A DNA stretch of 64,000 bases, taken from sequence record OQ992561.1; one strand, 5' to 3'. Both the position numbers and the translations under genes were made by a program. Positions 44,501-54,395 of this stretch are shown here, one piece after another. Each line of letters begins with the position of its first letter. The stretch's first letter is position 1. Under the pieces are notes generated by a model. It was given only the letters and a program-made list of their open reading frames with translations. It ran no database searches and had not been told where the DNA came from.

Positions 44501-44854
44501 ACTGGTACTAATATTACTTGGAAGAAGCTAGATAAATCATTCGATGCATATAGCCTAAAATCAAGTACATTCACTGGTACAGCTCTGACTATAACACCTG
44601 CTAACCAGCAGTGCTATAGGGTTCAAACTGCTGCTAACCAAACCATTACACTAGAGAATGGACCTGTTGATCGCATGATCACAGCTGTTCTTGTATTGCT
44701 TGGTAAGGTAGCTATGCCAACACTGTCTAGTGCAGTGCTACAGTGGAACAATGGTACTCCAGTAATAGTAGATGACCTAGGTGATACTAAAACAGTTCTC
44801 ACCCTCTTATGGGATGGTACTAACTGGATAGTTTCCAAAGGTGCTGTTATTTAA
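41573..44854 (+). CDS. Collagen-like fibre protein
   Basis: 1093 aa; repeated G-X-Y blocks (GPEGPQG) separated by globular repeats; TAATG coupling; gp146 by counting. Confidence 0.85.
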   Translation: MASAFEDYVNGELPKRVSSIDEPTSVVNGHIPVSTGVGLNTTFVDPVTIPGLKGEDGQPGKDGDQGPPGPVGPAINIIANVDLATFEQDIKPLDTHNVGDAWFVEDRLWVWESPLGNEDPPVKGRWVETGSLRGPDGTGLVIRGRWPNNLELPKTESNKPGDAYSWNNQLWAWMLISGNNPPENPTIDDYDWFPVTPQGERGPEGPEGPQGKDGEIGPEGPQGEPAMPFTIKDSLPSPADLPDPSVAKESEAYLVTMEAGKPEHLFIFVKGAWSDLGTFQGPEGPQGKPGNTGDPGHDGKQGEPGPQGRNLEVVKAVETADDLLTTTGVEQYQGVSVRSTNTVYVLTGQDPTVDISWTAMGSFRGPQGPEGPQGEDGEQGLPGEPGAQGKSAFQVALDNGFTGTEGEWLISLHGKNVVITGAVANEAALPADAPDQAAYFTQDTSTLFVKIDGNWVNSGTHRGPKGEDGAPGKDGDQGPEGPEGPEGPQGPAGEPIQIIAAIDTPEDTPPEALADNQWKAYTVKSTGEVFVNMDGSRWTSIGIMAGPQGKPGEGLNIKGVLTDASQLPKKDTDPDLVTGDSYWVETNEGTMLYTYQGQEIDGYIGPINLNGEQGIQGVEGPQGPEGKQGGGLLIIYVGDDAGKPVASADNVGKGIAIRTNTEGQVEVFVSIDTEGTFTWESLGVLAMGPQGPEGPEGKQGVPGIPGKTGQKGERGSSWVILPEGQTAPTSIDGNRGDWCIDKTGTVWYKDANWVVFYKLMSVPVSEVDPEDVDKKMVRYKLGWTELPVDEVVDAEVGVFYGRRKATADGAVEWTAIELPTPAIDAVPSPVVNAQYVRKGIAGGETEWATITFPEIPSDVVRDTAQATKPQGRVAGNWVDVAPLQTDDTLMGMQNGEWVAVPAAVIGEVPSEGANGTNYVREKTASGSKWTPVTIIVDQADATSGQLFLRNAAAKSWTLFQGPNNDVTADGDWLRSRTGTNITWKKLDKSFDAYSLKSSTFTGTALTITPANQQCYRVQTAANQTITLENGPVDRMITAVLVLLGKVAMPTLSSAVLQWNNGTPVIVDDLGDTKTVLTLLWDGTNWIVSKGAVI

Positions 44855-44865
44855 AATGACATATT

Positions 44866-44885
44866 GCCCTCCCTTCGGGGAGGGC
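44866..44885 (+). terminator. Intrinsic terminator
   Basis: GCCCTCCC-TTCG-GGGAGGGC-TTTATTTT. Confidence 0.9.
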
Positions 44886-44953
44886 TTTATTTTGTCTTTT
44901 AAGATTGATTCATTATTAACCATACCATCGTACCAGTTATATCTAAAAAAAGC

Positions 44954-44980
44954 ATAGAAAGCCCTATTAGGGCTTTCTAT
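44954..44980 (-). terminator. Terminator for minus-strand operon
   Basis: ATAGAAAGCCCTA-T-TAGGGCTTTCTAT; A-run on + strand gives U-tract on - strand. Confidence 0.8.
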
Positions 44981-44986
44981 TGGGTA

Positions 44987-45703
44987 TCATGGCTTAAACA
45001 TGGAAAAGTATTCAGCATCGATGAAATCAAAGTCGATATTAAGTTTATGCTTTAACTGGAAATCCATGATAATAAACTGTTTATCTTCAACAGCTAATTC
45101 ACTTACATCTTTCTCAAATAGTTTTGGACCAATAATAGTAAAGTCAGGCATCAACACTTGTCCTAATTCAAGAACATGGGTTTTACACCATTCTCCAAAA
45201 TTATACATAATCGCCATTGAATAGATAGAGTTTAATCTAGAACAAGTAAGGTCTGTTAATGGAGTATTAATCAGGGTGATCTGAATATGATCACCAATGT
45301 ACTTATGTAAGCAGTATAGTAATTCATCTTGAGCATCTGGTGTCAATTCATATGGCCAGATATTGACTTCAAGACATGTTTCAAAATTAGCATTAACTAT
45401 ACCATCTAATCTATTCAAATCTGATTGGGCTATTAATTGAATAATAAATGGAATGATACCAGTGAATATAGAACTATTGATAGTGTCAGCAGTATTTTCA
45501 CCACCACGTTTAGAATAAGCTTCGACAAATTGTTCATTAGTTACTAAACCATCTGTTAGTTTAGTCCAATCATCCATTTCCCTATGCCAGTAAATTTGAC
45601 CATTGGTAACAAGCTTATTAGCTGCATCTTTATTTAGTAACCTAATGGTTCCTAATCGTGTATCTAATAGTGAGTCAAGATCAATTAAGATTTTACGAAA
45701 CAT
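44987..45703 (-). CDS. Hypothetical protein, possible HAD-like fold
   Basis: 238 aa; N-terminal ILIDLDSLLDT. Confidence 0.7.
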   Translation of the reverse strand: MFRKILIDLDSLLDTRLGTIRLLNKDAANKLVTNGQIYWHREMDDWTKLTDGLVTNEQFVEAYSKRGGENTADTINSSIFTGIIPFIIQLIAQSDLNRLDGIVNANFETCLEVNIWPYELTPDAQDELLYCLHKYIGDHIQITLINTPLTDLTCSRLNSIYSMAIMYNFGEWCKTHVLELGQVLMPDFTIIGPKLFEKDVSELAVEDKQFIIMDFQLKHKLNIDFDFIDAEYFSMFKP

Positions 45704-46199
45704 TATTATTTACCGCCTTCTTTTTAGATGGCTTAGCTTGAACTGGGATAGATTCAACTAGATTAGTAATATAACGGATATTTAAACATTGGCAAATAAT
45801 CCAAACTAACCAATCATTTTGGTATAAAATGTCAGTTAATTCTTTTCGTGGAATTAATCGCGCTAACATTTCTTGGTCAACAATAGTTGAATTAGATTGA
45901 TAAGGATAAATAGAATTAGCTAGTAATTCCACTACACCATCCCAATCATTAACAGCCATTTTAAATCGACTAACTAAACTTAAGATAGGTTGAAGACGAT
46001 TACCTTTATTACGGAATAAATTCCAGATATCCCTAATAACTGTTTTATCAGCAATGTGATACCAATGAGTATTGGTACTCCAGTTATTTAGTAAATCCAA
46101 AATATCCGCAATGATTTCAGCACTGTATCCATTTACTAACTCAGTATTAGATACAATTAAAGCTTCGCACATATCTTCATAAATCTGGCGATTATTCAT
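45693..46199 (-). CDS. Hypothetical protein
   Basis: 168-aa ORF in operon. Confidence 0.75.
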   Translation of the reverse strand: MNNRQIYEDMCEALIVSNTELVNGYSAEIIADILDLLNNWSTNTHWYHIADKTVIRDIWNLFRNKGNRLQPILSLVSRFKMAVNDWDGVVELLANSIYPYQSNSTIVDQEMLARLIPRKELTDILYQNDWLVWIICQCLNIRYITNLVESIPVQAKPSKKKAVNNNVS

Positions 46200-46201
46200 A
46201 A

Positions 46202-46876
46202 TTACACCAAGTTATTTTGTAGCATCATGCCTTTTAGATAACATGCAAATGTTTTATTAGATTGCACAGTAGTATCATAAGTGGACATGATGGAATCAAC
46301 AGAAGCACTACCAGTTTCGATAATAGAGCGGTTCATTGCATTATACGCCTTCTGGTCGCCACCACGCAGTTTCATGAATTCGATCATGGAATAACGGAGA
46401 CCTTTTGAAGCGTTAACTTGAATCTCTGGTGCAGACATACGTGATCCTTTAGAATCACCAGTTACCTGCCCTGACCTCTGGTCAATCACGTGACTAGAAC
46501 CTGGAATACTTTTCTTTTTCTCAAGCATTTGTACTTGACGACGAATTGGTATTAAACCAACTAAATGTTTATTAGCAGTTCGATATACCTGGCCAGTACC
46601 TGGATCAGTTAAAATGATGTGTTGGAATAAATTATGACCAATCGCTTTAGCAACTTTATAATTTTGCTTAATAGTTAATTTAGGCTTAGTGCATAAGTTA
46701 GGAGCATATAATGCCAACATCTCTTCACCAGAATCTAACTTATTAATCCACTCCTCAAATTCCTCATCATTCATTCGTGCAAACATTTCTTTATAGATAT
46801 CAACATTACTACTACCAGGTAGAAACATGTCAATAATCCATAGGCATTCTTTTTCTACCAATTCTCGTTTAGTCAT
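46202..46876 (-). CDS. gp149: Virion RNA polymerase subunit (beta C-terminal part)
   Basis: 224 aa; SGQVTGDSKGSRMSAPE corresponds to beta C-terminal GQRxGEME region; phiKZ synteny. Confidence 0.82.
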   Translation of the reverse strand: MTKRELVEKECLWIIDMFLPGSSNVDIYKEMFARMNDEEFEEWINKLDSGEEMLALYAPNLCTKPKLTIKQNYKVAKAIGHNLFQHIILTDPGTGQVYRTANKHLVGLIPIRRQVQMLEKKKSIPGSSHVIDQRSGQVTGDSKGSRMSAPEIQVNASKGLRYSMIEFMKLRGGDQKAYNAMNRSIIETGSASVDSIMSTYDTTVQSNKTFACYLKGMMLQNNLV

Positions 46877-46908
46877 GGTAATTTCCTCTAAGGTTGTTTA
46901 ACATACCA

Positions 46909-47229
46909 TTAGCTTGAGCGAGATACCCCTTGATAGACAGGTATTGAATTCTGGTCAGTACATGGTGGTAACCTATGCCTCTTAAGAATTGGTAATATAT
47001 TGGCTAGAAAATTAGCATACCATACTTCAAAGGTGACTGAATCATCAATGGTGGTTCTAGCTGTCAATGTCTGACTAGGGTATTGAGCTAATAGTTGCTG
47101 AAAGCAAGCTGATAAAGTGGGTACGTCTGTACACACTGGTAATCGACGTAATAGATCTTCTGATAGTTCAACATCAAACATTCGTAGACGTTGACAAAGT
47201 GTTAAACGATAATCTTCTGTAGTTTTCAT
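46909..47229 (-). CDS. Hypothetical protein
   Basis: 106 aa, AAGGA RBS. Confidence 0.75.
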   Translation of the reverse strand: MKTTEDYRLTLCQRLRMFDVELSEDLLRRLPVCTDVPTLSACFQQLLAQYPSQTLTARTTIDDSVTFEVWYANFLANILPILKRHRLPPCTDQNSIPVYQGVSRSS

Positions 47230-47252
47230 TATAGTTCCTTAGGGTCTTTATT

Positions 47253-47603
47253 TTACTTTGATATCTCACCACAGTAAATGACCTCTGTTTTTGTTTCAAG
47301 CCATTCTACTAATAAATGCCGGTGACAGAAATTACCAGCGCGACAATAACAACCTAATGCTACTTCCTCTAATTGGAAGAACCATTTAAAGAATTCTGGA
47401 TTATCAATCAATGATTGCTCTAATATACTGAGATATGCTTCAGTGTATTCATCACTTGATATAATTCCTTTCTTATGTCCCATAACCATTAACCACGTAG
47501 GCGCGAGTTGATATGCACCTGATTTAACAGTTATGTCTAGCGGTTTTATTCCTTTCTCTATAACTAACTTATATTTAGCTATCTGATAAGTGTAAACATT
47601 CAT
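47253..47603 (-). CDS. DUF488-like protein
   Basis: LAPT....EYTEAY...ALGCYC....FCHRHLL pattern. Confidence 0.65.
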   Translation of the reverse strand: MNVYTYQIAKYKLVIEKGIKPLDITVKSGAYQLAPTWLMVMGHKKGIISSDEYTEAYLSILEQSLIDNPEFFKWFFQLEEVALGCYCRAGNFCHRHLLVEWLETKTEVIYCGEISK

Positions 47604-47619
47604 ATATCAAACCTGACAT

Positions 47620-47646
47620 AACTAGGGATCTTATTGACCCCTAGTT
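47620..47646 (-). terminator. Terminator-like hairpin after uvsX
   Basis: AACTAGGG-ATCTTATTGAC-CCCTAGTT. Confidence 0.55.
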
Positions 47647-47679
47647 ATTTTAAAACTGGCGATAACATCTATACTAACA

Positions 47680-49119
47680 TTAAGCTTTTGCTTTAGCTAG
47701 TTCAAGAGGTACAATTTTAGCTTTTTCTTCGTCAGTCATCCAGTATGGTTTATATTCACTTTTACGCATGCGTAGTAGGTCATACGTTGATAGGAATTTT
47801 TTATCACTAAACTGTTCGTCTTCTTCGAACATCCAATAGCCACGAGTATTATTAAGAATGATATCCCAATCATAACCCATTACTTTAAGATCAGCATATA
47901 GCTCAGCTGGCGTTACTACATAATCTCCAAGATTCCAACGTTGGAATTGAATTAATTGTAGCATTTCAGATTGGATTTCAACAGCTCGTTGTAGAGCAGG
48001 GTTATCCATCAATTTCTTACGAACAGTGGTCCGACTTAGTTTGATATCAGGACATAGCTCAACGAAGTAGTTAATGTTATTACCACCAATCCCCCAATCA
48101 TTTTCACGGCAATAATGGAATTCCGATAGTGATGGAAGAATACCTTCAGTCTGTGAAACAATGAGATGGAATGGTAGACCAGTAATTCCACCTTTACCAC
48201 GTAAGTTAATAACTTCTAGAATACGTAGATCTGTATCGCCTTCAATAGCAGTTGAATTGTCAATTGGATATAAAGGCATTTTTTCTTTATTGACTAACGG
48301 TTTATTAGATTCAATAGAAAACACATTATTCGGCAGAGAGTAGAAACCACCTGATACCCCTTTAAGAACCGTATCCTTCTTCATATGCGATAGATTACGT
48401 TTATCAGTAGGGTACATCTCAATTTGAATAATATCTCCAACGTGTGCAGTGAGAATCATGTATGTACTGGTTTTAGCACAGATCTGCGGTAGCTGGTTAA
48501 ATAACTGATTCTTAGCTTTACCATTAGTCATTGCATCAGTGTTTACTTTAGAATCACCGATAGCATTTTTAGCATACATTTCAGACACAGCTGAGACAAT
48601 GAACTTTGAGAAACTATCAATGAACCCGCCAGTTGGGTACAGTGCTTTCTTATTATTACCATTCACATCAAGAAATGGGGTAGTACGTAGATAATCTTTT
48701 TCAGCCTTTTCTTTTTCAGATAATGCATCGCGGAAGATTTTGAACCACTCATCCCCAGTATAACGAGATAAGTCAGTAAACATGTATTGCTCATCATTTT
48801 CCCAATCGATAGCAGCTAGCTCAGGATAAGCTTGTGCTAAAGATGTAAATCGAGCACCTGGGTTTAATGTACCTTCTGTATCGTAAGTCATTGCATGTGC
48901 ACCGGGGAAAGCACGGCGCATCATTGCCATGAGGTAGATACCTAATGCAGTTTTAAAATTGTTAGGTCGTGAAGCAATACCAGTTAGTGATCCCATACCA
49001 CCATTTAGAATCATTTCACCATGCTTACCTTGTTCATACTTACCAGTTGAAATGTCCATAAGGCATCCGATATTAAGAGCAGGTCGGAAAGCTGGACGTT
49101 CGAAATGTTTACCAAACAT
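47680..49119 (-). CDS. uvsX: RecA/UvsX-like recombinase
   Basis: 479 aa; degenerate P-loop ASRPNNFKT, YDTEG, FIDSFS; phiKZ gp152 position. Confidence 0.82.
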   Translation of the reverse strand: MFGKHFERPAFRPALNIGCLMDISTGKYEQGKHGEMILNGGMGSLTGIASRPNNFKTALGIYLMAMMRRAFPGAHAMTYDTEGTLNPGARFTSLAQAYPELAAIDWENDEQYMFTDLSRYTGDEWFKIFRDALSEKEKAEKDYLRTTPFLDVNGNNKKALYPTGGFIDSFSKFIVSAVSEMYAKNAIGDSKVNTDAMTNGKAKNQLFNQLPQICAKTSTYMILTAHVGDIIQIEMYPTDKRNLSHMKKDTVLKGVSGGFYSLPNNVFSIESNKPLVNKEKMPLYPIDNSTAIEGDTDLRILEVINLRGKGGITGLPFHLIVSQTEGILPSLSEFHYCRENDWGIGGNNINYFVELCPDIKLSRTTVRKKLMDNPALQRAVEIQSEMLQLIQFQRWNLGDYVVTPAELYADLKVMGYDWDIILNNTRGYWMFEEDEQFSDKKFLSTYDLLRMRKSEYKPYWMTDEEKAKIVPLELAKAKA

Positions 49120-49216
49120 GTTGACTCCATTTTTTAAGTTAAACAGTCAATTAATTGATTTGGAGAGTAATTTTATGTCTACATATTCAACAATCCTTGC
49201 GCAAGGAAATTAAGAC

Positions 49217-50131
49217 ATGTTTAACATCCATAAATACGCTAAAAGTATTTCACTAGAAAATGATTGTCAGGATCTAATTGAATCTGACAATATTGTTAAT
49301 GATGATATTAGTTTAGTACAAGTTGATCCAAAACAACAGCTTGTAGATATTACTGAGACTATTTCTCAAGAAGCTAATTTCGCAACAAACGCTATTAACA
49401 TTATCAATAAACGCGGTGCTAATTTTGCTATCGCTGCTCGTAATGCATTTACGTCGATGACTAACTGGAGTAATCAAATTATTCCTGAGTTTCATCCATC
49501 GCAGATGCGTCATTTAGTTTCACACATTGACTATTTAGAAGTAACAAATACAATCGTGCCACAACCAGTTGGTTTTAATGGTGAGATTCCAGACTATGTT
49601 GATTATCTATTAACAGAAGCTAAGGAAATGGCTACTATTATTCCAGCAGTATTAGACCCAGTTAAAGCACAACTTGGATATTACTTACAACAGCGGGCTG
49701 ATCGAATGGATAAGCGTGGCTTTGCTAATTCATTTGCAATGGCATCAATCAATGACCTTGCTAAAGATGCATCCTTCTATGACAGTGACAACCGGTCAAG
49801 TACAGCTGAGTTTGGCAAGCTTTACCCATCATTAAATTCATTTGTTGATGCAACAAAGAAAATGAACGATATCCGTAGCATTTTATCACGGGTTCGTCCA
49901 AATGATGTAAAACGTGCTTCAGAAGCGCTTAGTCAATTAATTGATAGCTTTATGGAGGATGTTAAGGATAGTAACTCTGACACCTCTCCAGAGCTATTAC
50001 AGACATTAATTGAAGGGGTTACATGGGCAGCAGACCATGTTGAACGTTATTCAACACTCTTTACTAAGATTGTTGAGACTGCGAACACAATGAAAGCCAC
50101 TGAAGATATTCTTCGTGAAATCATTGGATAA
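49217..50131 (+). CDS. Probable internal head protein
   Basis: 304 aa helical; SLE protease-type site near N-terminus; gp153 by counting. Confidence 0.6.
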   Translation: MFNIHKYAKSISLENDCQDLIESDNIVNDDISLVQVDPKQQLVDITETISQEANFATNAINIINKRGANFAIAARNAFTSMTNWSNQIIPEFHPSQMRHLVSHIDYLEVTNTIVPQPVGFNGEIPDYVDYLLTEAKEMATIIPAVLDPVKAQLGYYLQQRADRMDKRGFANSFAMASINDLAKDASFYDSDNRSSTAEFGKLYPSLNSFVDATKKMNDIRSILSRVRPNDVKRASEALSQLIDSFMEDVKDSNSDTSPELLQTLIEGVTWAADHVERYSTLFTKIVETANTMKATEDILREIIG

Positions 50132-50139
50132 CAGCATAA

Positions 50140-50162
50140 GCCCTCTCCCAAAAGGAGAGGGC
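50140..50162. terminator. Bidirectional terminator
   Basis: GCCCTCTCC-CAAAA-GGAGAGGGC with CATAA/TTATG flanks. Confidence 0.85.
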
Positions 50163-50177
50163 ATTATGTCGTACCAA

Positions 50178-50597
50178 TCAATTTGGAATACACTTCTCAT
50201 GTAAACTTAATTTAAAGAGAGTTTTCAAATCCTTTAAAAAAGTTGCATCATCAGCATATTTCATCCAACACGGAGTCTTACGAATAAGCCTCATGAAAAA
50301 TTGATCAGTGGTTAGATCTGCTTTATCAATCTTATCGATTGCTATCACGCCTTTCCATACGTACGGCCCATAATGAATTGGGAGTCGTAAGGCAGCTTCA
50401 TCGCGTACTAGTTTCATGTTAGAATTCAAATGAGAGATCTTTTCACACTCATTTGTCTTACACTGTACTATAACGGAGTACAGTGACGCCATGACGCACA
50501 TCCGCTTTAGTTCGGGATCAGCATAGTCCCAGAGCTTAATCCAAATTGCCCTGAAACCATTCTTAACCGACTTTTTGAATCTGCTAATAAGGTTCAT
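50178..50597 (-). CDS. Hypothetical protein
   Basis: Start moved to ATG 50597, just past RNase H stop. Confidence 0.7.
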   Translation of the reverse strand: MNLISRFKKSVKNGFRAIWIKLWDYADPELKRMCVMASLYSVIVQCKTNECEKISHLNSNMKLVRDEAALRLPIHYGPYVWKGVIAIDKIDKADLTTDQFFMRLIRKTPCWMKYADDATFLKDLKTLFKLSLHEKCIPN

Positions 50598-50607
50598 GGA
50601 ATACCCA

Positions 50608-52056
50608 CTATTTTGGGAGAATAAATTGTGTATAGGGTGATTGATAGATAGCTGAACCATCATCCGTCACGAACACAATTGAATATGAATAAGAATATGG
50701 ACCTTCAGCTACTACAAGAATTTCCATTTTAACTTTATTAGCTCCAATACGAGCTAATTGGTTTCTACTTGGAATATCGATATTTAATACAAGCTTTAAT
50801 TTTATCTTACGATCTTTAAATGTGATCGGAACTTCTACAAAGCCTGTATTAGATGTAATCGTCTTAAGTAGTTGATAGCCAACTTTCTTACCCTTTGCGA
50901 CTTCCTCGAAGAAGTGCTCGGTAATATCAATAATACCAACCGACTCTCCAAGTTTACCAGCCAAGTAATCTTCAAGACGACTGCGCATAACATTAAATGT
51001 AGCTACAGCATCATTTGCCATACGTGGTGGATTAAGAGTCCGACTAATGAGTTCATCTGTTGGCGTCGACAAAACATTGATATCTTTCCATACGACTAGA
51101 GCAGGTAGCCCCATGGATTCAATTTTCTGTCGAATGGTTGCACGATATGCGTTTGCCAAATTGATGATACCCAGTTCTGGATTTTCAGTACCCAGTGCTT
51201 CTGTATGCATATTAATTAGTAACTGGAGATACTCATCTGGCTCATTTGCCTTATATACACTGAAGGTTGCTTCAGAGATACGACGCCCTAAAATTAAATC
51301 AGCTTTAGCTAATTTATCTTTAGCAGTGTCTTTTGGTTTATGACCATAGTTATGCATACGACCTAAATTATAGGTGTAATAGAACCCATCTGGTTCTTCT
51401 CCAGAGTTAATGGCGAAGAGTAACCTACTTTCGAGGATAAGTGGATTAACAACTTGTTTTTTAAGTTTGTTAATTTCTTCGCCTTTAACCGAAACCATCA
51501 CTGGCTTATCATTATTCTGTCCCGAACCAAGCTTAGCATTAGCATCAGCTTTTTCATTACCAATGTCTCCGTTATGACCGCGGACCCATTGGATGCTTAA
51601 TGGTTTATTAGTTTCTTCCCATTTAGCTTTTAGTTCGACCATCTGTTTCCATAGGTCCTGGTTTGCTACCGGTGTACCGTCTGATTTAATCCAATTGGAC
51701 TTAATCCATTTGGGTAAATATGCGGTCATACCTTTTCTAACGTATTCACTATCCATGAGCATCGTTAGTCTAGGTGCATCTGCTTCATGGGCTATTTTGA
51801 AAGCCTCAATTGCAGCGGTTAGCTCACCTGTATTATTAGTAGGGTTATTAGTTACACTACCAAATGCATCAATATAATTTAAAACAGTGCATGTCTCATC
51901 TGCACCTACATCTAAGTATCCCTTAGCTGTTGGTTGCTGTTTGGTGGCTGCTTTAGATTTCATTGCAACATTTTCATAGGTATAACCATGAATACCCCAA
52001 CCAGCTTTACCCTGTCGGAATGATCCGTCAGTGTATAAAACCATACCGTCTGACAT
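50608..52056 (-). CDS. gp155: Ribonuclease HI with long C-terminal extension
   Basis: YTDGS, TNNTGEL, DSEYV, NQDLW, WVRGHNGDIGNEKAD motifs. Confidence 0.92.
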   Translation of the reverse strand: MSDGMVLYTDGSFRQGKAGWGIHGYTYENVAMKSKAATKQQPTAKGYLDVGADETCTVLNYIDAFGSVTNNPTNNTGELTAAIEAFKIAHEADAPRLTMLMDSEYVRKGMTAYLPKWIKSNWIKSDGTPVANQDLWKQMVELKAKWEETNKPLSIQWVRGHNGDIGNEKADANAKLGSGQNNDKPVMVSVKGEEINKLKKQVVNPLILESRLLFAINSGEEPDGFYYTYNLGRMHNYGHKPKDTAKDKLAKADLILGRRISEATFSVYKANEPDEYLQLLINMHTEALGTENPELGIINLANAYRATIRQKIESMGLPALVVWKDINVLSTPTDELISRTLNPPRMANDAVATFNVMRSRLEDYLAGKLGESVGIIDITEHFFEEVAKGKKVGYQLLKTITSNTGFVEVPITFKDRKIKLKLVLNIDIPSRNQLARIGANKVKMEILVVAEGPYSYSYSIVFVTDDGSAIYQSPYTQFILPK

Positions 52057-52111
52057 TATTGTTTCCTCATGTGATCGATTACTAAACTAGATAATAATTC
52101 TAGCAAGTAAA

Positions 52112-52513
52112 TTACTCATCACACTTTGCACGCCATTCTTCATATGCTTGCTCAATTTTAGCGCGCTCAGATACAATATGTGACTTTAATTCTTTTATAT
52201 AGTCAGTCAACAAGATATCGATTTGTTCCGGAGTTTCTATAAACTCTGTAATAATCGGTGTTGGCGGTACCGGTTTCTTTCTTGGTAGTTCGAAAACCAT
52301 ACACTTCTTACTAGTATCCTTACTATATTTTTTAGGTGTAGGCAGAACTTTTTGTATTACCTCTTCTTTAGTTGTAACAACAGATGTATGATCATCTGTA
52401 GAAGAGGAGTGCTCATATTGGACCACAGTCGTGTTGTGCGTGTGGTACTCATGTGGCGTATAAACACAGCCACTGATAAGTGGTAGGAGTATTAGAAAGA
52501 ACTTTCTTGACAT
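52112..52513 (-). CDS. Lipoprotein (o-spanin-like)
   Basis: MSRKFFLILLPLISG-C lipobox; Pro-rich then helical C-terminus. Confidence 0.7.
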   Translation of the reverse strand: MSRKFFLILLPLISGCVYTPHEYHTHNTTVVQYEHSSSTDDHTSVVTTKEEVIQKVLPTPKKYSKDTSKKCMVFELPRKKPVPPTPIITEFIETPEQIDILLTDYIKELKSHIVSERAKIEQAYEEWRAKCDE

Positions 52514-52533
52514 GTGATCCACCAATTTGGTAC

Positions 52534-52824
52534 TTACTTTAGCAAGTCATTTAAACGACGGCGGCGCTCAAGCATTTCAGCCTTCTCAGGCGTCATTTTC
52601 TTGAGTCGATCCATTTCGGCTTTAACGGCCCAGTTGCTTGCTTTAACTGACTTCAACTCACTAGTCACTATGAATAAGGTACCTAGTAATATTACAACTA
52701 GGATTAACATTGCCGTGACATGTTTGTTTTCCAGCAACACTTCCTTAATTGTTCTATCACCAAAGATAGCCCTCTTAAGGAATGGCCAAACGAAGAGCAA
52801 GGCTTTAATAGTCAAACCGAGCAT
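52534..52824 (-). CDS. Small inner-membrane protein with C-terminal coiled coil
   Basis: TM VTAMLILVVILLGTLFIVTS; directly upstream of lipoprotein. Confidence 0.7.
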   Translation of the reverse strand: MLGLTIKALLFVWPFLKRAIFGDRTIKEVLLENKHVTAMLILVVILLGTLFIVTSELKSVKASNWAVKAEMDRLKKMTPEKAEMLERRRRLNDLLK

Positions 52825-52999
52825 GATGACCTCTGTTAGTACTATGCCTACCCATAAAAGCCAGTATTGGCATTTCTATCAATAGACTGTTACAAGGGTA
52901 TTACGTAAAGCTCATAATACCAGACTTTTTATTTTAACACAACTAGAACAGACTGATTTTATAGATGGAAACCCATCGCGCTCTAATTATGAGGATTAA

Positions 53000-54340
<1,341 letters not shown>

Positions 54341-54350
54341 TGCATAAATG

Positions 54351-54372
54351 AGAGAGGGCAAAGGCCCTCTCT
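54351..54372 (+). terminator. Intrinsic terminator (inverted member of GCCCTC family)
   Basis: AGAGAGGGC-AAAG-GCCCTCTCT. Confidence 0.75.
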
Positions 54373-54395
54373 TATATTAATCTAAAGGTGGCGCA

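Noticed and set aside
46202-46876. Truncated or pseudogenised RNA polymerase beta gene
   Set aside because: phiKZ-like RNAPs are naturally split into several polypeptides; ORF is intact with RBS
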